DNA of 63,247 nucleotides, filler included, from Asterionella formosa (GCA_002256025.1; 27 parts of 27 records of this genome joined end to end with filler, not necessarily neighbours in it); one strand, 5' to 3'. Positions 20,789-33,167 are shown, counted from the whole stretch's first letter. Made by a program: numbers and translations. The notes: a model not told the origin generated them from the letters alone.

Positions 20789-21257
20789 ACATTCATATTA
20801 ATCATTGGATAGTATTCAAAGTTTTCGTCAACTACTTTAAATACCATAAAAATAATAACGTAAATGCATTCAAGGAACTGGATCATAATCATACCTTCTC
20901 GGGTATTTATGTAAAGCTTGCTGGACTAGCAAACTGGCTGTGGAGCACATGACCTTGTATTTCACTTTCCATGCACATATAACCTTTTCCCATCAAATCC
21001 ACAAAACATATAGAAAAAGGCGAAAAAAGACTAATGCGACATTCATATTAATCATTGGATAGTATTCAAATTGCTCGTCAACTACTTTAAAGACCATAAA
21101 AATAATAATGTAAAAGCATTCAAGGAACTGGATCATAATCATACCTTCTAGAATGTTCTATGTAAAACCTGCTGGGCTAGCAAACCGGCCGTGGAACACT
21201 AGACTTGTATATTTGCACGCCATCCTTTTCCCATCCAATCCACAAAATGCATAGAAA
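20789..21257. repeat. Tandem duplication of about 225 bp in the 3' region between convergent genes
   Basis: ACATTCATATTAATCATTGGATAG...CCACAAAA..ATAGAAA at 20789-21016 and 21039-21257. Confidence 0.9.
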
Positions 21258-21266
21258 TGTAGATTT

Positions 21267-22273
21267 CTAGAGATCATCGTCGTCATCCTCTGGGAGTGGC
21301 TGATTTGCAGCTTGAGCAAGTTCCTCTTCATAACGAGCCTTGGTCTGCTCATCAATGGTAAATTCAGGAGGCTGAAGAGCAGGAGCTTCCACAAAGCTCA
21401 AGTGATTGTCACCAGAAAGCTTTCTCGCGAGCCACAGAAATGGTTTTTCGAAATTGTAATTCGACTTGGCAGAGATATCATAATACTGGAGGTTCTTCTT
21501 TCGGTGAAAGGTAATCTGCTTCGCCTTAACCTTTCGGTCCTTGATTTCTACCTTGTTTCCTGTCAAGACAATAGGAATATTCTCGCAGACTCGAGTCAAG
21601 TCTCTGTGCCAGTTGGGGACATTCTTGTAGGTGATACGAGATGTCACATCAAACATAATGATAGCACACTGTCCCTGAATATAATATCCATCACGAAGGC
21701 CACCAAACTTTTCCTGTCCAGCTGTGTCCCAAACATTGAATTTAATTGGGCCACGATTGGTATGAAAAGTCAATGGGTGGACCTCCACTCCTAAAGTTGC
21801 CACGTATTTTTTTTCGAATTCCCCCGTCAAATGACGCTTGACAAACGTTGTCTTCCCCACTCCTCCGTCTCCTACGAGAATGAGCTTGAACTCGGGTGTT
21901 CCGGCGTCGGTCTGAGGTAGAATATGAAAGGAGGAAAGGGACAAGGTGGGTGAGACAGGTCGTTCGAAGAAGCCGTTCAACGATTGCTTCTATTTTGATT
22001 TGAAACACGGATCTGGTTTCTGGAGTTTTCGAAAGTCAAACGATTCGATAAAATAAGCGAAAACTTAAGATTCCATAATTTCGTTCACGCCAATACGGAC
22101 AGTAGGAATCTCCACGACAGCCACAGAGTTTAGTCCTTTCGTTTTGTGAAAAAAAGAGTTCAAGCGAAAGCCAATAACAATATCGTTGATTGCATTGACA
22201 TGACTGCAATACATCGCTCCATTCCTTTCTATTGTATGTGCAACAAGATGCAAAGGGTTCGATACCTTACCAT
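21267..22273 (-). CDS. RAN: GTP-binding nuclear protein Ran; complement(join(21267..21911,22271..22273))
   Basis: [56 protein letters not shown] and acidic tail DDDDL. The ATG|GTAAGG donor at 22270 and CCTCAG acceptor at 21912 give a phase-0 intron. Confidence 0.97.
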
Positions 22274-23081
22274 TTTCTTGTGTGGGTAAGGGTGCGTGGA
22301 AACAATTTACAACGAAGCAAAAGTTGGCAATGATTGGCGACGCCGTTATGTGAAGTTTGGTTTGTCTTTTTTTTTTGTCTCACTGGTTTTCGTGGATCCA
22401 CCCATGCATTTTAGTATTATAACCACCAGTGTATGGTGCCCTGGTACTACCAGGTACCGGTATATACTAGGAACCCTCTATATCCTCTCACGCACACCGC
22501 CCATCGCTTGGCTTTTCCGTCGGTACCATGGTACCATACCTGGTGGATGGAAGAACGAACGCGTAAGACTGCGCGAAAAAAAACTCCGAACATGCATCAT
22601 GGCGAAATCATTTTTAGACGGCTCGCTTTGTCATGTCTATAGTACTGTACGTATATGATATGGCTCTTCCAGCGCAGCATATGCGTACGGTGTATACCGA
22701 ATTTAGGTACTAAAAAAAATTTGCGCTCATTTTGCTTAAATAAACAATTTAATATCGGATAAAGAGAGCTAAATCTTTGGATTCAGTACAATCAATGCAA
22801 CTTGCAGGTATTGGTACCTGGAACGAGAACTTAGAGGTAGTACCTGGTATGGCTGGGTGCATGATCGAAGAACATATAGTAGCTCTAGTAGGCCTGGTAC
22901 AAACCATTATTTCTAAAAATATAGCTAAATATTTTGTGCGATGAATCTCTTGTTGTTACAACCATCACCATGTTGATTGCGCTCGGTTGGTTCCCTTTGC
23001 TTCCCTTCAGTGCCTTGTGTTTTGCGATATAGTATTAGAACCGTGATCATAGCGCTGATCGGAAACCAAACCGCAAAACAG

Positions 23082-23495
23082 ATGACATCAAACTTTCAGT
23101 TGTTTGGACGATATTTTTCTTTGGTGATGGCGGAGTCATCACTACGTGGGCGCTGGATTCCGGCCGACCTCCTCATTCACTACATGAACCAAAAATTCAA
23201 CATTGGAAGCGACATGCTATTGACTACGCGAACATTGATGACATACATGAACAAGTGCTACCCTTCAATGTCCTATGATCCCAATAGAATCACCATTCCA
23301 AGTGGCACAGTGGTGGACTTCTATAGAGCCAACTGTCAAGTCAAGAGCGTCCGCTACAACCTATTCTTCTTTTCTGACCATGGTTCTCCTGCTCCTTTGT
23401 TTCCGAAGAACAGTAATGTCGCTTCTTTTCTTAATAATAGCGTCACAAAGCGACTATTAGGGGGTTCAAGGCAAATTCGAACTGCAGAGGTGATG
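23082..23495 (+). CDS. Hypothetical protein, 3'-truncated by the contig end
   Basis: Open frame MTSNFQLFGRYF... running into the linker; no family recognised. Confidence 0.45.
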
Positions 23496-23597
23496 NNNNN
23501 NNNNNNNNNNNNNNNNNNNNNNNNNNNNNNNNNNNNNNNTTAATTAATTAANNNNNNNNNNNNNNNNNNNNNNNNNNNNNNNNNNNNNNNNNNNNGC

Positions 23598-23807
23598 CCA
23601 ATCACAGAGGGTCCTATTACATCTCTTTCTCCAGTGATTTCCCCTACTGATCTGCCAACACTTGCTACACTTCCTCCTGATGCACCTCCAGTTTCTTCTG
23701 TATCTCCAGTCGCTTCTCCTAGCCCAATCACAAAGGGTCCTATTACATCTGTTTCTCCAGTGATTTCGCCTATTGATCGGCCAACACTTGCTACAATTCC
23801 TTGTTGA
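23598..23807 (+). CDS. Fragment of a Pro/Thr/Ser-rich mucin-like protein with a 42-aa (126-bp) repeat
   Basis: PITEGPITSLSPVISPTDLPTLATLPP...PITKGPITSVSPVISPIDRPTLAT, open from the contig start. Strand is inferred from composition. Confidence 0.45.
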   Translation, partial: PITEGPITSLSPVISPTDLPTLATLPPDAPPVSSVSPVASPSPITKGPITSVSPVISPIDRPTLATIPC

Positions 23808-24371
23808 ACAGAGCACAGTGTAATATGCATGTTCCGCCAGCATAGTGTTTACACAGGCATATACCGGTATATAGCTAAAACAAGGAAAGACGACACGACA
23901 ATGAACATGATGGCCGGTTGTTGAGGATACCGGTATGTGATATGCATCAATCCATATCACAAATCATATTATAGTGATGTACATATCAACGCATCCATAT
24001 ACTTAGATCCTATCCACTGTATAATACTATCATATTAACTGTTGACTTCAACTGTATACATTAAACGACAAACACATATATTGATTAACATACTTTATGA
24101 TTGCTTGATTTATTTTCTATGATGTCTTGGTAACACTTGCGTACATATTTTATCGTATTATATTATCATTGTATTATTTTAACATAATCATATTTTGATC
24201 AAAATTATATCATAAACATTTTATAAAATCATCATAATTTTATGATCAGTGTATCATAGTTCTGTGATGTACTTTATTCATTATTACCCATCATACTTTG
24301 GTGATGTATGCATCGATGTAACCTTATCATGATATCACAGTATCATCTTATCAATCATGATGAGATGATTG
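23801..24371. mobile_element. AT-rich dispersed repeat (copy 1), TATCAT-rich
   Basis: Colinear with 39760-40342 from TTGTTGAACAGAGCACAG to ATCAATCATGATGAGATGATTG. Confidence 0.75.
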
Positions 24372-24804
24372 GGAAGCAACTGTATTCTGCATTGTGCTAC
24401 AGGGTATATTATTATATCACGCAATTTAGTAGCGAAGTCACTCCGCCTGTAATGTACTAAAGTCGACAGTGCACATACCGGTACTCAAACGCTAATCAGG
24501 TTTGAGGCAACGGACAGTGGTTCCAACGAGCGAATGATGATACCACGGGTACCAATTTTTCCAACGAAAGAACTTGTCTCTCTATTGATGAGGATGACAC
24601 GGACACGGACACCGACTTTTTCAGGAGCAAACAACAATGAAGAGACCCACTTGTCGCTCTATCCATTGAAAACAAGTCGACAGTGTGTGCACGCACACGC
24701 CAAGCAAGTTTGAGGCAACGGACAATTCCAACAAGCAAATGACGATACAGATATCAAATTCTTCCTACGAGCAAACAACAATGAAAAGAGCCACTTGCTT
24801 TCGC

Positions 24805-25029
24805 TCTCTTGATGGTATCAAAGATGCGGACAAGTTCAATAGTTAATTCAAGTACAGTATGCCAAATGCAGAAACGAGCGAGCGATATGAAAATGAAATA
24901 CATTCTAATCAGAATCATTCTATAACTATAGCTATGTGGACAGTAGTCTGTTACGCACATTTTCGTATCTCCTTCTATGCTGAATCTCAATAGTAGATGT
25001 AGTATCATGTGAGAATTGAAAATGTCAAC
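24805..25029 (+). mobile_element. Internal fragment of the GTCTGCAAATA-terminated repeat family
   Basis: Reverse complement matches 43191-43405. Confidence 0.7.
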
Positions 25030-25129
25030 NNNNNNNNNNNNNNNNNNNNNNNNNNNNNNNNNNNNNNNNNNNNTTAATTAATTAANNNNNNNNNNNNNNN
25101 NNNNNNNNNNNNNNNNNNNNNNNNNNNNN

Positions 25130-25316
25130 CTTTCTTCTCGTTTACTTCCTCATCAGGCACTGCATCGTTCGAAGCAAACCGAATGGACGTGGCACAAGGA
25201 GCAAAATGTTTCAAAACTGAGTGCGATAACTGTTGATGAGTCAAGTTTTGAACTTTTGTTGCCTGGCGAAGACCTCTTGCTGCTGAGAGGCGAAGGAGTG
25301 GTCGAAGACTTGCCAT
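25130..25316 (-). CDS. N-terminal fragment of a probable mitochondrial protein
   Basis: MASLRPLLRLSAARGLRQ...SIRFAS: Arg/Ser/Leu-rich and acid-free, with an R-3-like RFAS site. Truncated by the linker. Confidence 0.6.
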
Positions 25317-26825
25317 GGTCTGGATCATTCAAGAAAATGGCAGATGACAATAAAGAATCGATGTGGTACCTGGTACCGGTATTTATGTGAAATACTGTAA
25401 GTTACCTGACGGTACCAGGTACTGCCCTTCTAATGCCGGTAAACACACCGGATGTCCTTAACACCCGTACCTGTTGCCTTCTTATGAACTCCTATTTACC
25501 GGTAGTATACATATGATAAATGATTCATCCTTCGTCATCATCATCACCAGGAATTGTTTTTCTTCGAAGATCCTCCGCCCTGCTATGTAACGGTAATTTG
25601 GTTCCACGTGGATCAGCAGAATTGTCGGACATAGACTACCAGCAAGTTGCGGTAATTTTGCTGAATCTAAAGATTTAGCTATCTTTATCCCAGATTGAAA
25701 TGCTAGTTTAAGCAAAATGACCGCACCTTGCAGGTACCTTGGTACCTGGTGGTACCTGGTACTGTATTACCTGCACTCATATCGTTAGTCCGGGAGTCAT
25801 TTAGCTACCTGGAGTACCACTTCGAAAATTACGTAATGAAGTACCGGTAGACTACCGGTAGGTTTCTTGACTAAAGTACTGTATTAATGCATTTTACTAT
25901 ATCAAATGCATTTCATAAGCCTTGGAAACTACCAATGAATCATTTGGTTACCAAATCCAAACCTAAATCAAGAGCACAAGAATAGGGATTCCTTCCCTGA
26001 CTCGTTGTATTTATGATTGCTCTCATGGAATTGAGCTTAGCTTCAGGGCAATCTGGGAATACTTGCAAGGCATCATAACTTTGACATGGTGGTCAATCAC
26101 CACAAACATAACTTCTTTACATCATAGCTTTTGCATTGAATCAGCAGCATCAAGGTAATGCATTATTAGTTGAGGAAAAATATCAAACTTCCCAGGGAAG
26201 CAGCGAAACATGCAATCAGGGGGCCTGTGTTTTGCCATTGGTTCTCAATATTATGAGAAAGTTCCACCCATCCATGCACTTTTGATGGGTTGCAAAGACT
26301 CAAAACAATTTCAATATGATGCTTGATCTCCCACCACATGAAAGTTTTGTCATTTGGTGCCTAGTTTAATTTAAGGATGTTGAGAATCAATCTCTCCATT
26401 TCGTATATCAATTTTACAGGCTCGTTGTTATCCTTACAGTTTTCAGATTACCCCACCAAATCAGGTGCTAATGATATTTATTCATAGGAATAAAAAGGTT
26501 TTGTGGAAAAAACTACAGTGATTTGATTGAAAAGCGATATGACCTACATCAAGAGTTCAGGCNNNNNNNNNNNNNNNNNNNNNNNNNNNNNNNNNNNNNN
26601 NNNNNNTTAATTAATTAANNNNNNNNNNNNNNNNNNNNNNNNNNNNNNNNNNNNNNNNNNNNCACCATATAATTATCAAAACATTATCCTATGATGTATA
26701 TTCTTTTATCATATACCTATCCTGCCTTATATAATGGTAACTCTAATCGAAATAGCTGTTAAAAATAGGTTGAAATGGATTGTAATTTTACTGTTATATC
26801 ACGAAATCATTTTTTATACTTCTGA

Positions 26826-27015
26826 AACTATGATGATTTACTGTCCCACTGCAGTAGCAACAGTTACGATCATATGGTGTTCTGTGGCTCGCTTACTACT
26901 CCGACTATCCTTTTTCAATCTTATGATCATACGATCCAAAAACTATGATGATTTACTGTCCCACAGCAGTAGCAACAGTCATGAACATATGGTGTTCTGT
27001 TGCTCGCTTCCTACC
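26826..27015. repeat. Direct duplication of about 75 bp
   Basis: AAACTATGATGATTTACTGTCCCAC...GCTCGCTT at about 26826 and 26940. Confidence 0.8.
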
Positions 27016-28194
27016 TGGTACTCTGAGTACCTGGTACCCCCAGTATATCACTTCCTACCTGCTACTGGTACTCTGTATATGTATGATAAATGTTATTGTC
27101 GTATGATGTACTGGTACACATGAGGAACTCCTGCCCGAAAAAGGGGCTTAAACAATTTGCTTCCAAAATCCTCATGTATACATGATGATACAAATGGGTT
27201 ATGACATAGTACACCAATAGAATGGTCTAAATAATTAGTTCCAACGGACGTAGAAAATATTGATGCAAACAAATTTCAAAGAAACAGTCCCAGTACACAA
27301 AGTTGTGGAAAACAATGGACTTATTGTGCCTTGATTTTTTCGAATTATCTATATGCAAATATGATCATCTCAACAATACCAGACATTCCATATTGAGAGT
27401 GCCTTTGATTTTTATAAATGTACGACACTTGATATATTTCTATATTTACAAATCTGATAACCTTGTACATGGCAAATATATTTAATATCGTTCTGTCATG
27501 TTAACAAACAATGCCTGCTTCATGGAGAGAAAATTCGTAGTAGAGCACATGACAAGAATTGAAAGTTTACGCAATAACAAGAAAGATTGTGGCTTCGACA
27601 CATTGCGCCTTCGAAGGATGGAGTATGTTTAAGGTAATGAAACCATCCATGTGGTATTTGGATGACAATTGTTGGGAGGCAGGACAACAACAAATTCTAA
27701 CCTAAACGCACATTTCATTTTTTCTCAATTGATTCAATAGATCGTTTAGCTTGTTGGGGAGCGCAAAATAAAAGAAAACAAAATTGGTAAGTGCTCTTGT
27801 CGTTGGACCTTCACTTCTGTTGGAACCTATCTGACGGACACGCCATGTCTACCTTCTCTCAAAGCTAAGCTAACAAAAATGAATCGGCAAGTTTTATTCG
27901 ACAACATTGGATACCTGAAACTTAGTTATTCAAGAATTTACTGACAATTTACTATGACAGACTTATACATCACTTGCTTTGATTTGGCTGTGGTAATTGA
28001 AGCAAGCAAGAGGATACAATGCAATGCATGGCGTGCGTGATGTTGTGTCAGTGTAAGATGTCTAGCTAACAAGTCATTCCTTCTCATTGTTACTNNNNNN
28101 NNNNNNNNNNNNNNNNNNNNNNNNNNNNNNNNNNNNNNTTAATTAATTAANNNNNNNNNNNNNNNNNNNNNNNNNNNNNNNNNNNNNNNNNNNN

Positions 28195-29251
28195 CACGAA
28201 TGTCAAAATGATCAGAACCAGCCTTGATCAAGGCTTCCCCCATTTGGAGAGCGCTTTCAACACTGTCTCCAGTGAGCCAGCCGTCATGTACACCACGAAA
28301 GCACTTTCGATTAAAATACATGCTAGAACCTGGATATGAACTCACATTTTGGCTTCGATCCTTGTAGTCCACGGCGTGACAAGGCATGAACCAAGTTACA
28401 TTCACTCCAGCTATGTAATTTTCCAACGCATCCATCTCCCTCTGACTTGATGCTTTCAAGTATTCCTCCAATACAACGCACTTCGATGGAATATGCAGAA
28501 CTCCTTTGGCACAGTTAATGGCTGGCGCATTCCCAAATAGCCAGTTAGGTGTGTCATCTCGATTTAATTCAGTGCAATGAACAGCGTGCTGACGAAAATG
28601 ACGGACTTGTAAAAGTTCGACAATCAGTTTGTCAAAAACTGGGTTCGATGGAGTTACATAATTCAGTAGTGGCAACGTTTGAAGCATGATACAAGCAAAG
28701 GCAGTAACAACTGCTAGAATTGCAAAGCATACTCGTCGAAATGTATAATTGACAGAAGAGCTCGGGGCTTTGGTCGGCACATGAATCAATTGGAAGTCTT
28801 CTTCTGGAACCCCTTGTTGTCGATATCTCTTCACTGCTTTAGATATGGCCATAACTGCATCCCGTTCTTCTTGTTGTAGCCATCTTCGTTCTTCATCGTC
28901 CTCCGCTTCAGGATGCCTAAGATCCACTGGTTCCTGATTCACCGGTGGTAAGGGTTCGGGGGCTGTGGCCAGGACTAATCGATCGTGTTCATCAATGTGT
29001 GCCCCACCTGTCTCTACCTGGGCAGCCCATTGATATATCTGTGCGCGACGAGCATAATAGGCTTTTTCGTTCTCTGTCAGACATCTAGGGGGAAAAGAAA
29101 CCGATCCATTCAAGTGATCTAACACGTCCTGTTTCGTGGGATTCGCTAATTGAAGCAACGCATGAATCGCATCATCGTTTCCTGGACGAGGACGAAACAG
29201 CTGAACCGACGTGTCCTCTCGTTGTCGCCGTTGTCGAATTCGGATGGCCAT
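28195..29251 (-). CDS. Single-pass membrane protein, 3'-truncated (possibly an OGFOD3-like 2OG-Fe(II) oxygenase)
   Basis: Long ORF from ATG 29251 with TM segment VCFAILAVVTAFACIML and a Cys-containing luminal part ending RKCFRGVHDGWLT. Confidence 0.7.
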
Positions 29252-29727
29252 TGTTTTAGTGGTAAAGCTTGAGAACTTGACGTGATGCCTAAACAAAGCA
29301 TACCACGATATATTGGTACCCGTATATCATAAGTATTTATAAGAGCAAAGCTCTGGCTTACATGATAAACAACTACGGTACCAGGTTGCATGGAAAATGG
29401 TGTTTATTCTCTCTGCCGAAATTACCGGTATGTGATTTGGATCGAAAAATAGGAGCCTGGTAGCTATGTACGGGAAACTCTGTATTTCCTCGGTATGTGA
29501 AAAATTCATCACGTGTATCGTGCACAGACCTCGCTGTTTATTTACCAAAAATCAAAAGAAATTGTAGTCGCGCGGCCTTCTGCGAAGTTCGCGTACTTCT
29601 TGAATAGTATGCACAACTGTCATTCCNNNNNNNNNNNNNNNNNNNNNNNNNNNNNNNNNNNNNNNNNNNNTTAATTAATTAANNNNNNNNNNNNNNNNNN
29701 NNNNNNNNNNNNNNNNNNNNNNNNNNT

Positions 29728-30474
29728 ATGCGTAGCCATCATGTGTCCAATGCTGATGTGCAAAAATATGGTTGTGGAGCAGTTCTGAACTTGGGTGAGA
29801 ATGGCAACAACAAGGTGGCGATTGCTGCAGCAGGAGGAATTGTTGCCATTCTATTGGCTATGCAAAGTCATGTGTCAAATGCTGATGTTCAAAAATATGG
29901 TTGTGGTGCACTTGGAAACTTGGCCATGAATGGCAACAACAAGATGGCGATTGCTGCAGCAAGAGGTATTGATGCCATTCTATTGGCTATGCGTAGCCAT
30001 CATGTGTCCAATGCTGATGTGCAAAAATATGGTTGTGGAGCATTTCTGAACTTGGGTGAGAATGGCAACAACAGGGTGGTGATTGCTGCAGCAGGTGGCA
30101 TCGGTGCCATTCTATTGGCTATGCAAAGTCATGTGTCAAATGCTGATGTTCAAAAATATGGTTGTGGTGCACTTGGAAACTTGGCCATTAATGACAACAA
30201 CAATTTTCTGATTGCTGCAGTAGGAGGCATTGATACCATTCTATTGGCTATGCAAAGGCATGTGTCAAATGCTTATGTTCAATCATATGGCTGTGGGGCA
30301 CTACGAAACTTGGCTGTGAATTACAAAAACAAAGGGGCTATTGTTGCAGCAGGTGGAATCAATAGGGTTCTGATGGCTATGCGCAATCATATGTTTAATC
30401 CTTTCATTCTAATATTTGGTTTTGGAGCACTTTGGAAATTGACTTTGAGCGACCGCAACAAGGGTTGCTATTGA
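29728..30474 (+). CDS. Armadillo-repeat protein, C-terminal part
   Basis: Repeats of HVSNADVQKYGCGALGNLA...IAAAGGIxAILLAM with a 261-bp DNA period (two ARM repeats). 5'-truncated. Confidence 0.9.
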   Translation: MRSHHVSNADVQKYGCGAVLNLGENGNNKVAIAAAGGIVAILLAMQSHVSNADVQKYGCGALGNLAMNGNNKMAIAAARGIDAILLAMRSHHVSNADVQKYGCGAFLNLGENGNNRVVIAAAGGIGAILLAMQSHVSNADVQKYGCGALGNLAINDNNNFLIAAVGGIDTILLAMQRHVSNAYVQSYGCGALRNLAVNYKNKGAIVAAGGINRVLMAMRNHMFNPFILIFGFGALWKLTLSDRNKGCY

Positions 30475-30932
30475 TGCAGAGGAGATGACAACATTTCCCA
30501 TGTATCTTTTGGTAAGGCAAGCCATCCATCAAATCCTTAGTTCTCGTTCTGACTCTCATTGATATGACTTCCCCACCTAGTTTTCCTCTTTGCAAATGCA
30601 TGCATCGTCTGATGCTCTGTTGTTAATAAGAAACTGCTCCTGAAGTCTGATTCACACTCCGTCTCAATATCACAAACATTAGTTTTCACAATTGAAGAAT
30701 ACGAATGTAATCTTTATAAATTGTTTTGTAAATATTATTTATGAGCAAATCGAACATGACTTGCACGAGACTAGATATTATTGATCAGCGACCCTTCTTT
30801 GAATATTTGTCCACTCTTGATTATTGAAACAAAATTGAAGTAGTGCACGGTACTAGAAAAAACAACCTCGTATTTGCTATAACTTGTGAGATTAAAGGAT
30901 CACTATTTTCAATGATTAGCCCCTGCCTTACC

Positions 30933-31157
30933 CTACAATTCATCTTCCTCTGAATCAGTATTACTTACATCAATTCCTATTTCGACGTCGAACATAATTC
31001 GATACCTTTCCATTGCACGACTTGCAAACCGTTGTTCCAATGATATGCAGGACATGTTCATACACGCCACAGCGAAAGCGTCGAATGCATCTGCAGAACT
31101 ATTGTGCTTCAACATGAACTTGTATAGGAATCGGACTTGGTCCTTCGATGCACATTC
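30933..31157 (-). CDS. 3' end of an unidentified gene
   Basis: Frame open from the contig end (ECASKDQVRFLYKFMLKH...) to a stop after the acidic tail DSEEDEL. Confidence 0.4.
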   Translation of the reverse strand, partial: ECASKDQVRFLYKFMLKHNSSADAFDAFAVACMNMSCISLEQRFASRAMERYRIMFDVEIGIDVSNTDSEEDEL

Positions 31158-31258
31158 TNNNNNNNNNNNNNNNNNNNNNNNNNNNNNNNNNNNNNNNNNN
31201 NNTTAATTAATTAANNNNNNNNNNNNNNNNNNNNNNNNNNNNNNNNNNNNNNNNNNNN

Positions 31259-31281
31259 TGGATGGATGGATGGATGGATGG
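31259..31281. repeat. (TGGA)n microsatellite
   Basis: TGGATGGATGGATGGATGGATGG at the contig start. Confidence 0.9.
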
Positions 31282-33167
31282 AAGCAATACGGAGACCAGA
31301 TACTAAAGCAAGGTGGTTGTAACAATAAAATAATAATATATCATCTCGAGGAGAGATTGATAAAAGTATAGGATGTGAAATCCCCAAAAAAACACAAGAT
31401 TTCATGCATCGGGGTAAAATAAATAAATAAAATATACAGTTGCTAAAAGGAAAGGGTATTATCGGGTACTATGTACAGGTATGTGTACATCAGTAATGAT
31501 TTGTTGTTGTGTTGCCCGTAAGACATGTTAATATATATATATTTTATATGACATTCAATTCATTCACCGTCACTGTCATACAATATGCATATTAAATGTT
31601 TATGATCACACATACTACCGGTACTCAATGATGAATCCAAAAAAAATATGTATATATGGTATAGATTGTTTACAGCCACGTGTAAAGTATACGCATACCG
31701 GTATTCGTATTCAGTAACATCAAAACGAAATTGCTACATAGTTAGTATTCATTTATTTTGTAAGCATACGAACACAATTACCGGGTACTACGTACAGCAG
31801 ACGCACTTCGAAATTGAAAAAATATTATTGCATGTGAACCGGCAGAGTACGGTAATGTAACAGAAAATATTGTACTCATAACCCCAAAATTTGTGTTTGT
31901 CGATTGTTTGACCAAATTCGGTAACAACTCCGCCCGGTTGGCATTGAGCACATTACCTAGTAATGTACGCCAGTATGCATGTGACAATGAAGAATGATGC
32001 TTGATGAATGAATACCACCAAGTGGTACCACCACGCAAACTTGCTTGCTTCACGATCCTCATGGCTAGATACATACATACATTGATATACATATGTTTAT
32101 ACATACATACATACATCTGCTATCATCGGTAATCCTGCTGCAAGCAGGCAGGCAGGAAAAGGATACATTGTTTTTTGCTCATAACCTAGATTCTGCTCCA
32201 CATGTTCTTTCGGTCGATGAGGACCATCCGCAGCGAAGGAGGGGGCGGTGGTTCACAACTCCAAGTGGGGGGTAGTAATACCGGTAATCATACTGTATGG
32301 CCGTAGCATGTTTGATGTGTACGTAAGAGCTCTACAGCTATGCAAAGTATCTACCACCGGTATGCTGTAGTAGTCAACCGTCATGTACATACCGGTAGTA
32401 CGAAATTGTATTATTGAACGATGATTGTTCCAATACGGTTTGTGTAACTGGTAGACAGACTCCTGCAAAGCTTGGCATACTGTATACCGGTATGAAGATT
32501 AAAAAAATAAAATGTAAATTTATACTTAAAGATTCCCGCCTATCTAGTAACCGTCGATATATGACCATTGTTGTTGTACAAATGTTTGGATGTACATACC
32601 GGTATGTAGTACAGTAATTGTATTTGCTGCCAAGACGCAACGACTGAAGAAAAATTCATACGACGTGCCAACAAACCACAAAACAGGACNNNNNNNNNNN
32701 NNNNNNNNNNNNNNNNNNNNNNNNNNNNNNNNNTTAATTAATTAANNNNNNNNNNNNNNNNNNNNNNNNNNNNNNNNNNNNNNNNNNNNATTTTGTAGAC
32801 AGATTGAACCAAAACCTTGAACGCCTGATTTTTTAGGTTTTGGTTTCCGTCATTTTCAGAGAGACTACGGTAATGGTGGTTTCCACAGGGTCGTGTGCTT
32901 TTTTATCTAAGAAACGCTTTCCTCTAGCATACATACCGGTATACTCCGCACTAAAAAGATGTTAGCTACCAGGTGAAGTATCTAACTAGAAGTAGTAGTA
33001 TTTGTTGAATATATGAGCTTATTAATTAATCCTTATGTATAACTCATTTCCTGAACTGACATCAAAGTATAGAATGGGTGTTAGTCGAGTTCTCTCATTA
33101 TTGAATTCCGATATATTTGACATAACCCCAACTCTATATATATCTGTATCGATGTGCAGGATTGCTC

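Noticed and set aside
26000..26562. Possible transposase remnant on the minus strand
   Set aside because: Too degenerate; no catalytic motif can be read with confidence.
26940..27030. ATGATGA ... CTGA spacing suggestive of a C/D snoRNA
   Set aside because: No convincing terminal stem or recognisable rRNA guide, and the paralogous copy lacks the D box.
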